From IMG/VR virus record IMGVR_UViG_3300046007_007028, positions 1-64,000 of that record: a DNA stretch of 64,000 nucleotides. One strand, 5' to 3'. Each line of letters starts with the position of its first letter. The stretch's first letter is position 1. This DNA is from a virus. This document shows, piece after piece, positions 55,401-64,000 of the stretch. Made by a program: the position numbers and the translations under genes. A model generated the notes under the pieces. The model saw nothing but the letters and a program-made list of their open reading frames with translations. It was not told the origin of the DNA and searched no databases.

Positions 55401-57044
55401 GGCATTCCCTGTTTCTTTCTGCAAATCGGTAAGGCCGTCCATGTCAACGTCTGCGGATAGTTGTTTCGCATCGTTAATCATTTTGGTCTTTAATGCCGTT
55501 ACTTGTTTTTGAACATCTATCTTAGTCCCGTCAAGCAAAGTAGTCTCAGCCTTGTTATAGGACTCTCGAACAAATTCCGCATCGGCTTCTGATATTTCAC
55601 CTTGCGCAATTAACTTGTTAAGAGTTTTTTCAAGTCCCGAAAGAGCCGTAGACAACTCAAAATAATCTTCAAGAGATTCGATTTTATTTTCCGACAATGA
55701 AGCTACCTCTCTAACAAGCTTATCCAACTGATTCCTTGTCGCAGGAGGGTCGATCAGGTCCATAATATCATTATAGACCGCATTCATAACCTTTACGTCG
55801 GGAACTCTTTTTTGAGCCAAACCATTTAGCGCTTGTTCGTAGTCTGAAAGCAGATTGGCCGGTATTGCACGGGGATTTATGGCAAGAAACTGCTTGACAA
55901 GAGAAGTGTGATTCCCATAGTCTTTGTTGCGCAACTTTCGCTGCATAGAATTTATATCCGATACGCGATCAACATAATTCGCGTCGTCAATAATGTTGTT
56001 TACCAATTCAGAAAACTTCTCGTGAGACGCTTTAGTAAACACCTTTGGAATACCATTAAGGATTTGCTGGACCTGCTTAGGAGAAAGTTCGCCTTTTAAT
56101 GTGGCAATGGCTTCTGAAATAATGTCCTTGATTTTAGTTCGGGTTACATCAGCTCCCGCTACAAACCCAGCTTTCATGCCCTGCGTGGCTCCCTTCTGAA
56201 ATCCCTCTTGTTTTCCAAAGCCCATACCAATATCAAACGCCTTATTGATAGCCTTTTGAATACGGGCTTTGGTGCTTTGATTTTTTGCCCCAGTTGTACG
56301 GTTTATGTCGGCCTTAACGGTCCCTTTTTCATAAGACAAAATTGCATTGGCCGCATCCTCTAACTCCTTGTCGCTATATTCCCCTTTCGCTTTTAACGCT
56401 TGTCGGGCCTCATACATGGCGTGCGCACGGGTAATGGCCTTTCCAGCCTCGCGTGCAGCCTTTAATATCCCCGCATAAATATCAAGAAGCAGCAGTGTTG
56501 TTGAGTTAAATAAAAAGGGGTCGTTTAATGTTCGTTTTTTTAAGGCGTCCCGAAGCTTGTCTACCGCGTCAATATGACTGTCCAGAATACTATCCTCCAT
56601 TATGCGGCTTTCCACCGATACAGGCTTAATGCCATATTCGTTTTGTTGCGCCCTGACGTATTCCGCCATTTTAGCCGCTATGGGACTATCGGTATCAAGA
56701 AGTTCCGCTTGAGGGCGGGACAAAAGGTCTTGATAGATTTGATTGGCTTGCGTTGCTTTAGTCTTTTCATTTAATGGGGGTAGTCCCATTTGATTAAGAT
56801 AGTAGGGAAGCTCTTCTTCCAGCGTTTCTTTTGAAAGACCAGCCCCTTCTTCTATTCTTGAAAATACTTCTGCATAGGATGTGATCTTAGGGGCCTCTAC
56901 CCCTTTTTTTCCCACCACACCCCCCTCCTCCTTCCTCCCCTCCATCCACACCTCCGGGTTGTCAATAAGGTACTGCCGGGCCTCGTCGTAAGACAAGACC
57001 TTGCCGGAGGAAACGATGGTGAATTTACATGGGGTTAAGCTCAT
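52428..57044 (-). CDS. Large helical internal virion protein
   Basis: 1538 aa, helical, in the structural module. Confidence 0.7.
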   Translation of the reverse strand: MSLTPCKFTIVSSGKVLSYDEARQYLIDNPEVWMEGRKEEGGVVGKKGVEAPKITSYAEVFSRIEEGAGLSKETLEEELPYYLNQMGLPPLNEKTKATQANQIYQDLLSRPQAELLDTDSPIAAKMAEYVRAQQNEYGIKPVSVESRIMEDSILDSHIDAVDKLRDALKKRTLNDPFLFNSTTLLLLDIYAGILKAAREAGKAITRAHAMYEARQALKAKGEYSDKELEDAANAILSYEKGTVKADINRTTGAKNQSTKARIQKAINKAFDIGMGFGKQEGFQKGATQGMKAGFVAGADVTRTKIKDIISEAIATLKGELSPKQVQQILNGIPKVFTKASHEKFSELVNNIIDDANYVDRVSDINSMQRKLRNKDYGNHTSLVKQFLAINPRAIPANLLSDYEQALNGLAQKRVPDVKVMNAVYNDIMDLIDPPATRNQLDKLVREVASLSENKIESLEDYFELSTALSGLEKTLNKLIAQGEISEADAEFVRESYNKAETTLLDGTKIDVQKQVTALKTKMINDAKQLSADVDMDGLTDLQKETGNALMRIPISILQDFTPGQLDAYQKAIIGLSNGFLNTTTYDLIKQAGLIEKARSIAEASKDVVQAKADTEKRSQLHQLVGKFGGPMWKSVDKMTAQLLLKNKDYWDDFFGVGKKKPIWKKILSPIIDAVDKALHQAKVLSSNYYKAVSGADEIQKDRVALALIQMDYEANPSIIKGETIDHKDLPTEEKDYYRYITENLDSFARVDDKEKARIKRAWKSMPKDGNGNVDIKAYVASLSKKEKQILDAVREIYSKSEDYVRINTEKRGDIFQLRQEYANRMVRQKSEVEDASNAQFIEDILGGKTPAAIRLKQAATNKRTGDRYYVSYNLDNMILSHIRDTFRDYYLTDPVRTTIGAMSRLATRSQKNSDQQRFLVAMEEAIKQGLITTLDLQQEGSDQVSRTVDAILRANRTLKLSTVRFLADFVSNLSRLAIENPAAYTRATEILIDKDQKYDHLLEQLFTSVSDFSGILGQESITSSKDALSKFSDRLIGLGDAGPMKVSAITLFEKAFKKQTGKDFDIDAFLDPDNTYRDDNAKAILSAKQDSQLELSKEFVPSSAFAQSSHTKLVPFTEGTKSLLSKKKWVAKMFGFLQSYTIHEATKTAQAFKDLALGTNEGRVKAAQRIASVQISNAVYMVGMSMLAQAFKEISDDDDEPWDEEAKKVLSTWTDDLGSMFVGNNLSLLTGRYGPIFRALIAVSLGIAKTALKDSEQKENVEKLAQYANEGLYTNPVTDKSTGTDWLRLVPAIGSTGATLLRGTYSTAKVSNELLQGKDPEEKDRLLALQMLNILASMAIRNPITPSLDKYLSAKRKNITDKEREGKAKIQQARALLKPEEESRKRANEVIDAAIQTGDVKTFVDAVETLKGTYETGFEKRKVLKEVAKKALSEGTLTEKIGLEQSYLDEFFTIYKTGQMRAAQSEYSKKQLDRIRQLYNNRELTESIMQTYKAEYQQALKAMEFLKSTGLYDKEDVERMRPRWMRTYERKMLYGPQN

Positions 57045-58066
57045 TTTTTCAGCCTTTGGATTGCTTTTAACATTGACCTAACTTTCTCGTCTTTTATCGA
57101 ATACCTCTGCCCCGGACCCCATAAAGTATCTGACTTGGAGGGCTCAGGCTGCGGTATGGGCATTGTTCTTAGCGTTTGCTCCGGAACAGCAGGGGCCACA
57201 TTTGTCGAAGGCTGCATGGGTGCGATGGACTGCGGGACCGGGGTAGGTGCGGGCTGAAACTTGCCCTCTTCTTGCGGCGTGGCAAAGAATGGTTTTTTTT
57301 CTGCTTGCCTCTGTCTTGCAAAATCAATAGCCTTCCTACTTATCACATCATCCACGCCTTGCCTCGCAGACGGATTGTATTTGCCAGAAAGTAAGTATGC
57401 CACCTCTGATTTTGTCAGGGTCGGCACCATAGTAGGAATCAAAACTTCTTTCCCGCCAATATTCACTCCGATTGATAATTCGGTGGATACCTTGCCGTCA
57501 GGCCGCTTAATTTCCCCAAAGAATCCTTTTCCCTTTGGAGTGCCGTCGGGGCGTAGGTTGCCGTTGTTGCGAACTTGCACCAAATTTTCTTGTAAATGAA
57601 ATCCCGGCCTTTTGGCTACCGTTTTCCAATTAGCCGAATTATTGCCATAGTCTCGTTTTTCTTGGTTTAGCACTACTGGCTGTTGCGGAGCAGGAAATGG
57701 TAATGGTTTATGATGCCTTATTCCGGGCGAATCAATATACTGATTCGTCCCCTTCATCTCTAATTGATTTTCTGGAATGTTTAGCCTATATCTTGCCTTG
57801 AATTGATTATCCCTAACCCTGTTAGGGTCCGTCGCCCTTTCAATATAATCTTTTTCATAAAAAGCATTTCTTTGGGCCGGCGTCATTTTGACCAACTCAT
57901 TCCACTTTCCTATTTCATATTTTTGATATTCATGCAACGCCAAACTATCCTGATACGCCCTGAGTCGCGGGTCGTTCGGATTTGAAACGACAATAGGCTT
58001 CCTTTGCCGGTCTTGGAGGACCCGCATTGCAGCAAGTGTCGTAGGGTCGGCTGGCGGATAGAGCAT
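57041..58066 (-). CDS. Hypothetical protein with a compact uncharacterised domain
   Basis: RPDGTPKGKGFFG...STELSIGV...IPTMVPTL domain between low-complexity linkers. Confidence 0.65.
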   Translation of the reverse strand: MLYPPADPTTLAAMRVLQDRQRKPIVVSNPNDPRLRAYQDSLALHEYQKYEIGKWNELVKMTPAQRNAFYEKDYIERATDPNRVRDNQFKARYRLNIPENQLEMKGTNQYIDSPGIRHHKPLPFPAPQQPVVLNQEKRDYGNNSANWKTVAKRPGFHLQENLVQVRNNGNLRPDGTPKGKGFFGEIKRPDGKVSTELSIGVNIGGKEVLIPTMVPTLTKSEVAYLLSGKYNPSARQGVDDVISRKAIDFARQRQAEKKPFFATPQEEGKFQPAPTPVPQSIAPMQPSTNVAPAVPEQTLRTMPIPQPEPSKSDTLWGPGQRYSIKDEKVRSMLKAIQRLKK

Positions 58067-58536
58067 TATTTCAAAAGCCTTTGATTAACAAGCCCCACTC
58101 CAACGCTGTCGATTTCGGCGATTAGGTCAGCAATTTCTCCCACCGCCTCAAGCTGTGCCTTTGCAAAGTCTTGAAACACGGTTTTGAGCGCCACGCTATC
58201 GGCCTTCTGATACGCTTTTTCGTATTGCTTCATCAGGCTCACTTCGGCCTTATATGCCCCGTTTAGCGCATCCTGAATGGTTTCTCCATCAAATTCCACT
58301 TCGTCGATTGCCTCCATTTCAAGTTCAAAACCGCAATCATTGGCTATGTTCCTTAGCTTTCGCCAATGGGCCAACTCATTATTAGCTTCGTCGTCAAAGT
58401 AGGCGACAAATCCGGTAAGATGCTTTGCGAGGGCGCAAGATGCAGCGTAAAGGTAGAGGTGGTTAGCCGTCAATTCCGCATTGGCAAGTTCTTGTATCAA
58501 GTCCCTGTCCGTTTTTCCGACAATAGGCTCTTTCAT
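58066..58536 (-). CDS. Ferritin-like protein
   Basis: AELTANHLY, FDDEANNELAH, AYKAE, AQLEAV ferroxidase-type spacing; own TATATTTG promoter at 58549-58542. Confidence 0.85.
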   Translation of the reverse strand: MKEPIVGKTDRDLIQELANAELTANHLYLYAASCALAKHLTGFVAYFDDEANNELAHWRKLRNIANDCGFELEMEAIDEVEFDGETIQDALNGAYKAEVSLMKQYEKAYQKADSVALKTVFQDFAKAQLEAVGEIADLIAEIDSVGVGLVNQRLLK

Positions 58537-58622
58537 GGGTTCAAATATACATGAAATTTCATTTGTCGATAAAATGTTGGGAGTGGTCGAAATCCTGCCC
58601 TCCACGTGGAACGGGGGCTTGC

Positions 58623-61600
58623 CTACGGACAATCAATCTCGATAGCCCCTTTCTTTTGCAACCCCCTGAGTATCTTCTCGGCGTTCTTTGCCACCTGCTC
58701 GATAACATCAAACTTCTCCGGACCCACCTGTTCTTTCAACGCCGCCCGTGCTTTGCGGCCTTCCTGTCCTTTGGTCTCGAATGCGGCAAGGGGAGAGGGG
58801 GCTGGCTGCTGCGCCTTTGTTTGATCGGGGGATTCGGGAGTGGGGGTTAATGGCGATTGGTCAGACTCTCCAGATTCTCGAAGACGAGTAAATCCTTCTT
58901 GCTGCTCACGATACGCCCTTTGCCCCTCAGAGACTCTCTCTTGAACGGCTTCCTTCGTTTTTTTAACGCCTTCAAATCCAGCTTTACTACCTTCAAGGTA
59001 GATAAATGTTTCAAATCCTTCAGGGGCATCTTCATTGGTATAAGCAATTTTATCTCCGTTAAAATAATCTTCTTTTAATGGCTTTCTTGTGTCTGCGTTG
59101 GCATCTAAAAAAGCAACCAAATTCTTTGCATTCGCAATAGCATCGGCACGTGCTTTGCCTGTAAGGTCTTTGTTGTTTACAATTCCCCTTAGCAAATCCT
59201 TAGCAGCCTCCAGTCTGTCTATCCCTTTTTGCGTCACCTTCCTTTTGCTGGAAAACTTACCCGATGATGTTGTTTGTGTCAGAACTTTATCCTCCACCTC
59301 CCCCACCTCCTGTTGTGTTTCGGGGAGGGGTTGGGGTTCTGGTACGACAAACCCTCGTTCTTCTCTTAATAATTTAATTGCGTTTTCGCTTGTGAGTTCT
59401 TGTAGTTTTTTGTTTGAAACTGCCTTTTCAAATGTTTCCAAAGAGGAGTTTGGATTATTTGCAATGGACCAAGTAATATTACTTTCTTCTGGAAGTCCAT
59501 TTACCCTATCCAAAACTTCTTGAAGTTCAGTATTTGATTTTGAGCCGTCCGCAATAGTTCTTAAAACTTTTGCTTTTAGGCTAATATCTTCTGTATTGTC
59601 AAATACTTCTTTCCAGTTTTTGCCTTTGCCAAATGTTGATTTTCTGCTTTTCCAAAAAGATTTTCCCTCTTCTGTTAGGCTTTCCGTTGGCACCAATGGG
59701 TGTCCTTCGCTTTGTGCAAAATCATACATAGCGGTCATAATCCCTTTCCTTCGATTCGCCTTGCTTACCTCAATATCATTCCCACTCCAAACCTTCCCGT
59801 TTCTTGTTTCAAACAAGGCGCTCCCAACCTCATTGCCACTACTGTCGGCTGCTTTAATATAAAAGTGGCCGGTTTTTTTATCCTTATCTATTACAAGCGT
59901 AATTTCATTTCCGTCTTTATCGGTTATTTTCTTTTCTGCCTTATACCACTTTTTGCCGTCTTCTTTAACTTGTACTTCTTGATTCATTTCTGGTTCTACT
60001 TCCCCCACAACTTGCTCCTCCTCCACAACCACGCCCTCTTCTTGGTTAAGGCTGGGGGTGGGTTCCTCATCCAACTGCCTTTGCATTTCAGCAAACCTTT
60101 CCTGCTTTGCGTTTTCTTTTACCGCATCCACCTTTGCAGAACTTTCCGCTCTTGCAGGCTCGGTCTTGTTGATTGCAATATCCTGCTTTTGCTCCATTGT
60201 CATACCAGCCAATTCCTCTTCGGTATATCCAAGTTTCAAAAGAGCTGCATCAAATGGGTTTTGAATTTGGAAGTCCACTTCCGAGACGGACATAGTTGGC
60301 ATTGGTGCACTCTCCTCCACCATCTGCCTTAATTCGGCTCCCTCCACGGAAACCGGTTCAGACACATCAGCCTGTACTCTTGCCTCGCCCACAGGTAGCT
60401 GAGTTCCAGTAGCGCCTGGCGATGGGGATTGAGTAGGTGTTTCATTGGTCCCGATTCTAAACTCCGAAAATGGTCTATTTTCCGTCCCGTTAATTCTGTT
60501 TTTAATATAATTTACTACCGTTGTTTGGTCGGCTCCAAAATCAAAAACATGACCATTTGCCCTTAACATATCAGCAATTTGCTCAAATGTTAATCCCCTT
60601 TTTATACCAGAGGAAATCGTTCTTTCAATAGATTGCTCTTGAAATTCAGCATCTTCACCTTCTAATAAAATATTAGAGCCATCTGGGTTGTATTTTTTAA
60701 CTAAAAAAACATTTGAAAAATACGGCTGCTTTCCATTTTCCGCTTGTGCCGTCCCGCCATCTTGGGTTTCAACAGGTGTTTCATAACTCTCAACCGCCAA
60801 TCTAACCATTTCCCGGTAATTTGGGTCGTCGGGCAGGTCTTCCAAGGTCTGCTGCCCTTCAATTATTTTCCTTGCATCATCCTCAACCGACGCCAGTCGT
60901 GCCTCGTCCTGCAACGTACCGTCTTTAAAGGCTTGCAGTTCCTCGTCGGTGGTGGTGACGTATTCGGTGTCTTCCGCCACTGGGGCCGCTTGCTCCTGCT
61001 TTGACTTAGCCGCAAATTCTTGCATAAAAGTCCCGCCATCTCTTTTTGAAATGTATTCACCAAGCAAGCCTAAAGTGTTCTCATAATCCGAAATGCCTTG
61101 TGCAATTTGATCCTGAGTCAAAACTCGGTTTGTAGATTGTTGTTGATTCCTAAATATTTTGTATTCATTGTAAATCCCTTCCATCAAATCTTTCACCGAC
61201 TGAACTCCGACCATTTTTCCTTGAGAAACCGACTGGATAAGACTTTTAGCTTCTTGTGGAAGCGCCTGAATGGGGGATACGAATTGGAAGCCCGACCTTT
61301 CTTGACCGGCTTTTATTGCATCGTCGCTTTGTTTCGCCTGCTGTTTAACATCCTCTTCTTGTCTTACAGGAACTTCCGGCTTAAACTCAGGTGCTCCTTC
61401 TGGTACGTCCTGCGTCGGAATGCCGCCAAGCTGGGTTGGGGGCTGCTGTGGACCCGCATCTTTCTTGCCGCCACCAAAGGCCCTGTTCAACAACCGTCCG
61501 CCAGCAACCAGACCAGTACCACCAACAGTGCCACTTACAAAAGACTCTTTCAGCCTTTCCTGCCCTTCGGGACTTGAAAAAATGCGCTCTACATTCTGGC

Positions 61601-62705
61601 TAAATTGGTCTAAGTTTTTCGACGGGGCAGCCGCCTGAGCAAACATTGAAGTTGCTTCCTGAGCCTGTTCTATGGCGCCTTCGTAAATTCCAACACCTGT
61701 GGTAGCAAGACCGCCACGGGCCGCCCTCTGCCAGCTTTTATTGCCAAGTCCTTTCAGTACATTGTCCCTGAGCCACTTATACCCACCCTTGGTTTTGATG
61801 GCTTTTGAAATTACTCCGCCCTCAAACTTTTCAAGCAAACCCGTAACCCCGGCAGACAAATATGCAATAACATCCGCATCGTCTCCATCGGCAATAACTT
61901 GTTCGGGAGTTCGGTTTGTTTGTTTAGCAATTTCCTCTACCCCCTGAGCGTATTCGCTTGGAAGGGTCTGGGCAAACATGGAATACCCACCTGTCCACGC
62001 GGCAGGAAGCATCTGCATACCGGCATCAAGGATAGTGGAAATCGTTGCTTCCGGAACTCTATTCCAGTCGCCCCGCTTAACGGCCTGATATACACTTGGT
62101 TCGATGTTGTATATCTCTCTTTCTTTTTGCAGCTTTTCATCAAGGGCGCTGTTCCACCGCATGACGCTTTGCTTGACCTTTTTTTCGTTTTCCTTCGCCT
62201 CTTTTTCGCCTTCCCCAAACGTCAACAAGCTCCTTTGCTTTGCGGCCAAAAGCCGTTCGCCTTGGACAATCTTGCTATACATATTGTCAAAGGCAGCACC
62301 AGCTTGTTTGCCGAGGTCCTTGGTCTTTTCCCACCACCCACGGCCTTCGTCTCTGCGATCCTGTGCATCCTGGCGGGCCATCTGTTGCTTTTCAGGCGGG
62401 AGGTTCATAACCATCCCCCTCGCCACATCGCTTACCGACTGCGCCTTCGGAGGGGCCGTAACCAGCGGAACGGGGGAAACGGGTTTTGGCGGGGCCATGT
62501 ATTGCTCAAAGAATAGGTCCACCGTGGGAACCACTCCCTTCTCAACCATCTGGTTGGCCACCGCCATAGCGGCCTTCTCGTCGCTCAATAAGCGGCTTTC
62601 AAACTCCTTGAAAGAGTATTGCTTAAACGTCCCCGCAGTCTTGGGGTCGGTAATCAACGCCCGATAAATGTCCCGACGGTCGCCCGGTTTTATTTCTTCT
62701 TCCAT
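58623..62705 (-). CDS. Large modular (polyvalent-type) virion protein with GNAT domain
   Basis: 1360 aa; IEVSKANRRKGIMTAMYD...LTEEGKSFW GNAT motif at ~59640-59870. Confidence 0.75.
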   Translation of the reverse strand: MEEEIKPGDRRDIYRALITDPKTAGTFKQYSFKEFESRLLSDEKAAMAVANQMVEKGVVPTVDLFFEQYMAPPKPVSPVPLVTAPPKAQSVSDVARGMVMNLPPEKQQMARQDAQDRRDEGRGWWEKTKDLGKQAGAAFDNMYSKIVQGERLLAAKQRSLLTFGEGEKEAKENEKKVKQSVMRWNSALDEKLQKEREIYNIEPSVYQAVKRGDWNRVPEATISTILDAGMQMLPAAWTGGYSMFAQTLPSEYAQGVEEIAKQTNRTPEQVIADGDDADVIAYLSAGVTGLLEKFEGGVISKAIKTKGGYKWLRDNVLKGLGNKSWQRAARGGLATTGVGIYEGAIEQAQEATSMFAQAAAPSKNLDQFSQNVERIFSSPEGQERLKESFVSGTVGGTGLVAGGRLLNRAFGGGKKDAGPQQPPTQLGGIPTQDVPEGAPEFKPEVPVRQEEDVKQQAKQSDDAIKAGQERSGFQFVSPIQALPQEAKSLIQSVSQGKMVGVQSVKDLMEGIYNEYKIFRNQQQSTNRVLTQDQIAQGISDYENTLGLLGEYISKRDGGTFMQEFAAKSKQEQAAPVAEDTEYVTTTDEELQAFKDGTLQDEARLASVEDDARKIIEGQQTLEDLPDDPNYREMVRLAVESYETPVETQDGGTAQAENGKQPYFSNVFLVKKYNPDGSNILLEGEDAEFQEQSIERTISSGIKRGLTFEQIADMLRANGHVFDFGADQTTVVNYIKNRINGTENRPFSEFRIGTNETPTQSPSPGATGTQLPVGEARVQADVSEPVSVEGAELRQMVEESAPMPTMSVSEVDFQIQNPFDAALLKLGYTEEELAGMTMEQKQDIAINKTEPARAESSAKVDAVKENAKQERFAEMQRQLDEEPTPSLNQEEGVVVEEEQVVGEVEPEMNQEVQVKEDGKKWYKAEKKITDKDGNEITLVIDKDKKTGHFYIKAADSSGNEVGSALFETRNGKVWSGNDIEVSKANRRKGIMTAMYDFAQSEGHPLVPTESLTEEGKSFWKSRKSTFGKGKNWKEVFDNTEDISLKAKVLRTIADGSKSNTELQEVLDRVNGLPEESNITWSIANNPNSSLETFEKAVSNKKLQELTSENAIKLLREERGFVVPEPQPLPETQQEVGEVEDKVLTQTTSSGKFSSKRKVTQKGIDRLEAAKDLLRGIVNNKDLTGKARADAIANAKNLVAFLDANADTRKPLKEDYFNGDKIAYTNEDAPEGFETFIYLEGSKAGFEGVKKTKEAVQERVSEGQRAYREQQEGFTRLRESGESDQSPLTPTPESPDQTKAQQPAPSPLAAFETKGQEGRKARAALKEQVGPEKFDVIEQVAKNAEKILRGLQKKGAIEIDCP

Positions 62706-64000
62706 ATATCAAGAATGCCTTGCGTTTTTTGAGGTCCACTTCCTGCGTCGCTATCCCGGTCGATAGCAGTCTGAATATCTACGCCATCCTCCTCCGGAAT
62801 AAAAAGCTTAATTGATGGGTATCTACCCCCTTTTAATTGCTTGCCGTCGGAATCAATCGGGTTGCCATACTCATCGGTATTGGGATACACCACGTCCGCC
62901 GTTACTTCATACCCGCTAAGGAATTGGGTCTTGGCAAGTTTGGCCTTATCATTTTTGATGTTCTGGTAAACAACATCGTCAAGTGGCGTATTGGCCGGAA
63001 CGGTGTAAATAACTTTGCCATTACGGGTAAAGTCAATGGGTTCTTTGGTGAACGGCCTGCGCTGCTTAGAGGCAAGGCGATATTGGAATCCCTGATTGAT
63101 TGTGTACCCGCCGCGATTGTTTGCTTGGACAAGCCCTGCCGCCTCAGCAACACCGGGGTCGGATAGCAGGAACGCCCGTGTACCAGCATTAGCAACTTGC
63201 GGCCTGTCAAATATGTGATTTTCTGCCTTTGGGTCAGTAAAAGTCCCGTTCATTTTAAGGTCTTTAACAACTTTTCCCTTGGCATCTTTGAGCGGCACAG
63301 AAAAGACAAAGTTGCTGCGGGTTCCCGTGCTGGTGGCGTACTTCTTGTCCTTCTCGTCGCCTCCCTTGTCCTTCTTCTCATAATCATTAACCACCTCAAA
63401 CCCAAGGCGACCACCGATATAGCGGTCCACGGCCTTGTCTGTAACTTTGAGCAAAATACCCTTCTCTGCGTCGGTTAGGTCCTCGTAGGCTTTGGATAAG
63501 ATGTTTTTGTCGTATCCGAACTGATTGAAAAGCTCCTCATAAACAAATGGCAGTTGCTCCTTAATTACGGGGTCCTGCTTCAAATACTTTAGGCCGTCCC
63601 CCGTCTTAACCTGCATCTTCCCCGTTTTGCGGTTGTAGGTAGCGAATACCGGAATGTTGGTTTCTGTTTCGTTGCCATCAATGTCAATTACCTTGGCTTT
63701 TTTCACCCCCGCATCTTTAGCCGCCTTGTCGCCAAGTTGAGCGTAATTGAAGTAGGCGGGGTTGCGTTTCACCTTTTCTTCCATCTTGATATTCAGCGAC
63801 GGGTCAAGGTAGTTGTCGCCCTTTTGAGTCAACTCATGCGCCACTTTGTCGGGGTTGAAGGCGTAGCCGGTCTTGTTGAGTTCCTCAGCCCTTTTGTAAA
63901 ATCGCTCTTGTTGCTGGTCAAGCATTACTCCCCTTCCCATCTTTTTTGCCTTGGCGGCTCTGGTAACTTGCGCCGTTATATACGGATCTCCATTCGCCCG
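62690..64000 (-). CDS. Putative internal virion protein (5' end beyond the window)
   Basis: Frame stays open from 63940 to 64000. Confidence 0.65.
   Translation of the reverse strand, partial: RANGDPYITAQVTRAAKAKKMGRGVMLDQQQERFYKRAEELNKTGYAFNPDKVAHELTQKGDNYLDPSLNIKMEEKVKRNPAYFNYAQLGDKAAKDAGVKKAKVIDIDGNETETNIPVFATYNRKTGKMQVKTGDGLKYLKQDPVIKEQLPFVYEELFNQFGYDKNILSKAYEDLTDAEKGILLKVTDKAVDRYIGGRLGFEVVNDYEKKDKGGDEKDKKYATSTGTRSNFVFSVPLKDAKGKVVKDLKMNGTFTDPKAENHIFDRPQVANAGTRAFLLSDPGVAEAAGLVQANNRGGYTINQGFQYRLASKQRRPFTKEPIDFTRNGKVIYTVPANTPLDDVVYQNIKNDKAKLAKTQFLSGYEVTADVVYPNTDEYGNPIDSDGKQLKGGRYPSIKLFIPEEDGVDIQTAIDRDSDAGSGPQKTQGILDIWKKK

Noticed and set aside
1-64000. Stop-codon reassignment and tRNA genes
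   Set aside because: Genes are full length in the standard code with TAA, TAG and TGA all used as stops; no complete cloverleaf recognised by eye.

Overview
The window is dsDNA tailed-phage DNA, very probably from a Bacteroidota-infecting podovirus-type phage. The terminase, portal, capsid and tail-stabilisation proteins look crAss/Cellulophaga-phage-like, TAnnTTTG promoters are frequent and starts are A-rich without SD sites. Left arm (minus, 1-17.5 kb): truncated TerL, a chaperonin module (GroEL split by a class 3 LAGLIDADG intein, a tandem GroES-like protein, GroES), DNA MTase, SSB, clamp-like protein, nucleases, primase-helicase, an initiator with an internal iteron array, a Cro-like HTH and RepL. 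A ~1.2 kb repeat-rich non-coding switch (17.5-18.8 kb) follows. Plus arm (18.8-33 kb): many small early genes, Sak4-like/Gp157, two LytTR-only proteins, a lipoprotein metzincin and an attC-like cassette. Right arm (minus, 33-64 kb): lysis, tail fibre, capsid, scaffold, portal, tail stabiliser, large internal proteins (one with a GNAT domain) and ferritin. The most notable unexplained signal is three sequence-unrelated, promoter-proximal RNA leaders with the same kissing-loop/terminator architecture. Other signals: a conserved box ~40 bp upstream of promoters, repeated three-way-junction elements and a possible large ncRNA. All assignments come from manual motif reading; no searches were run.
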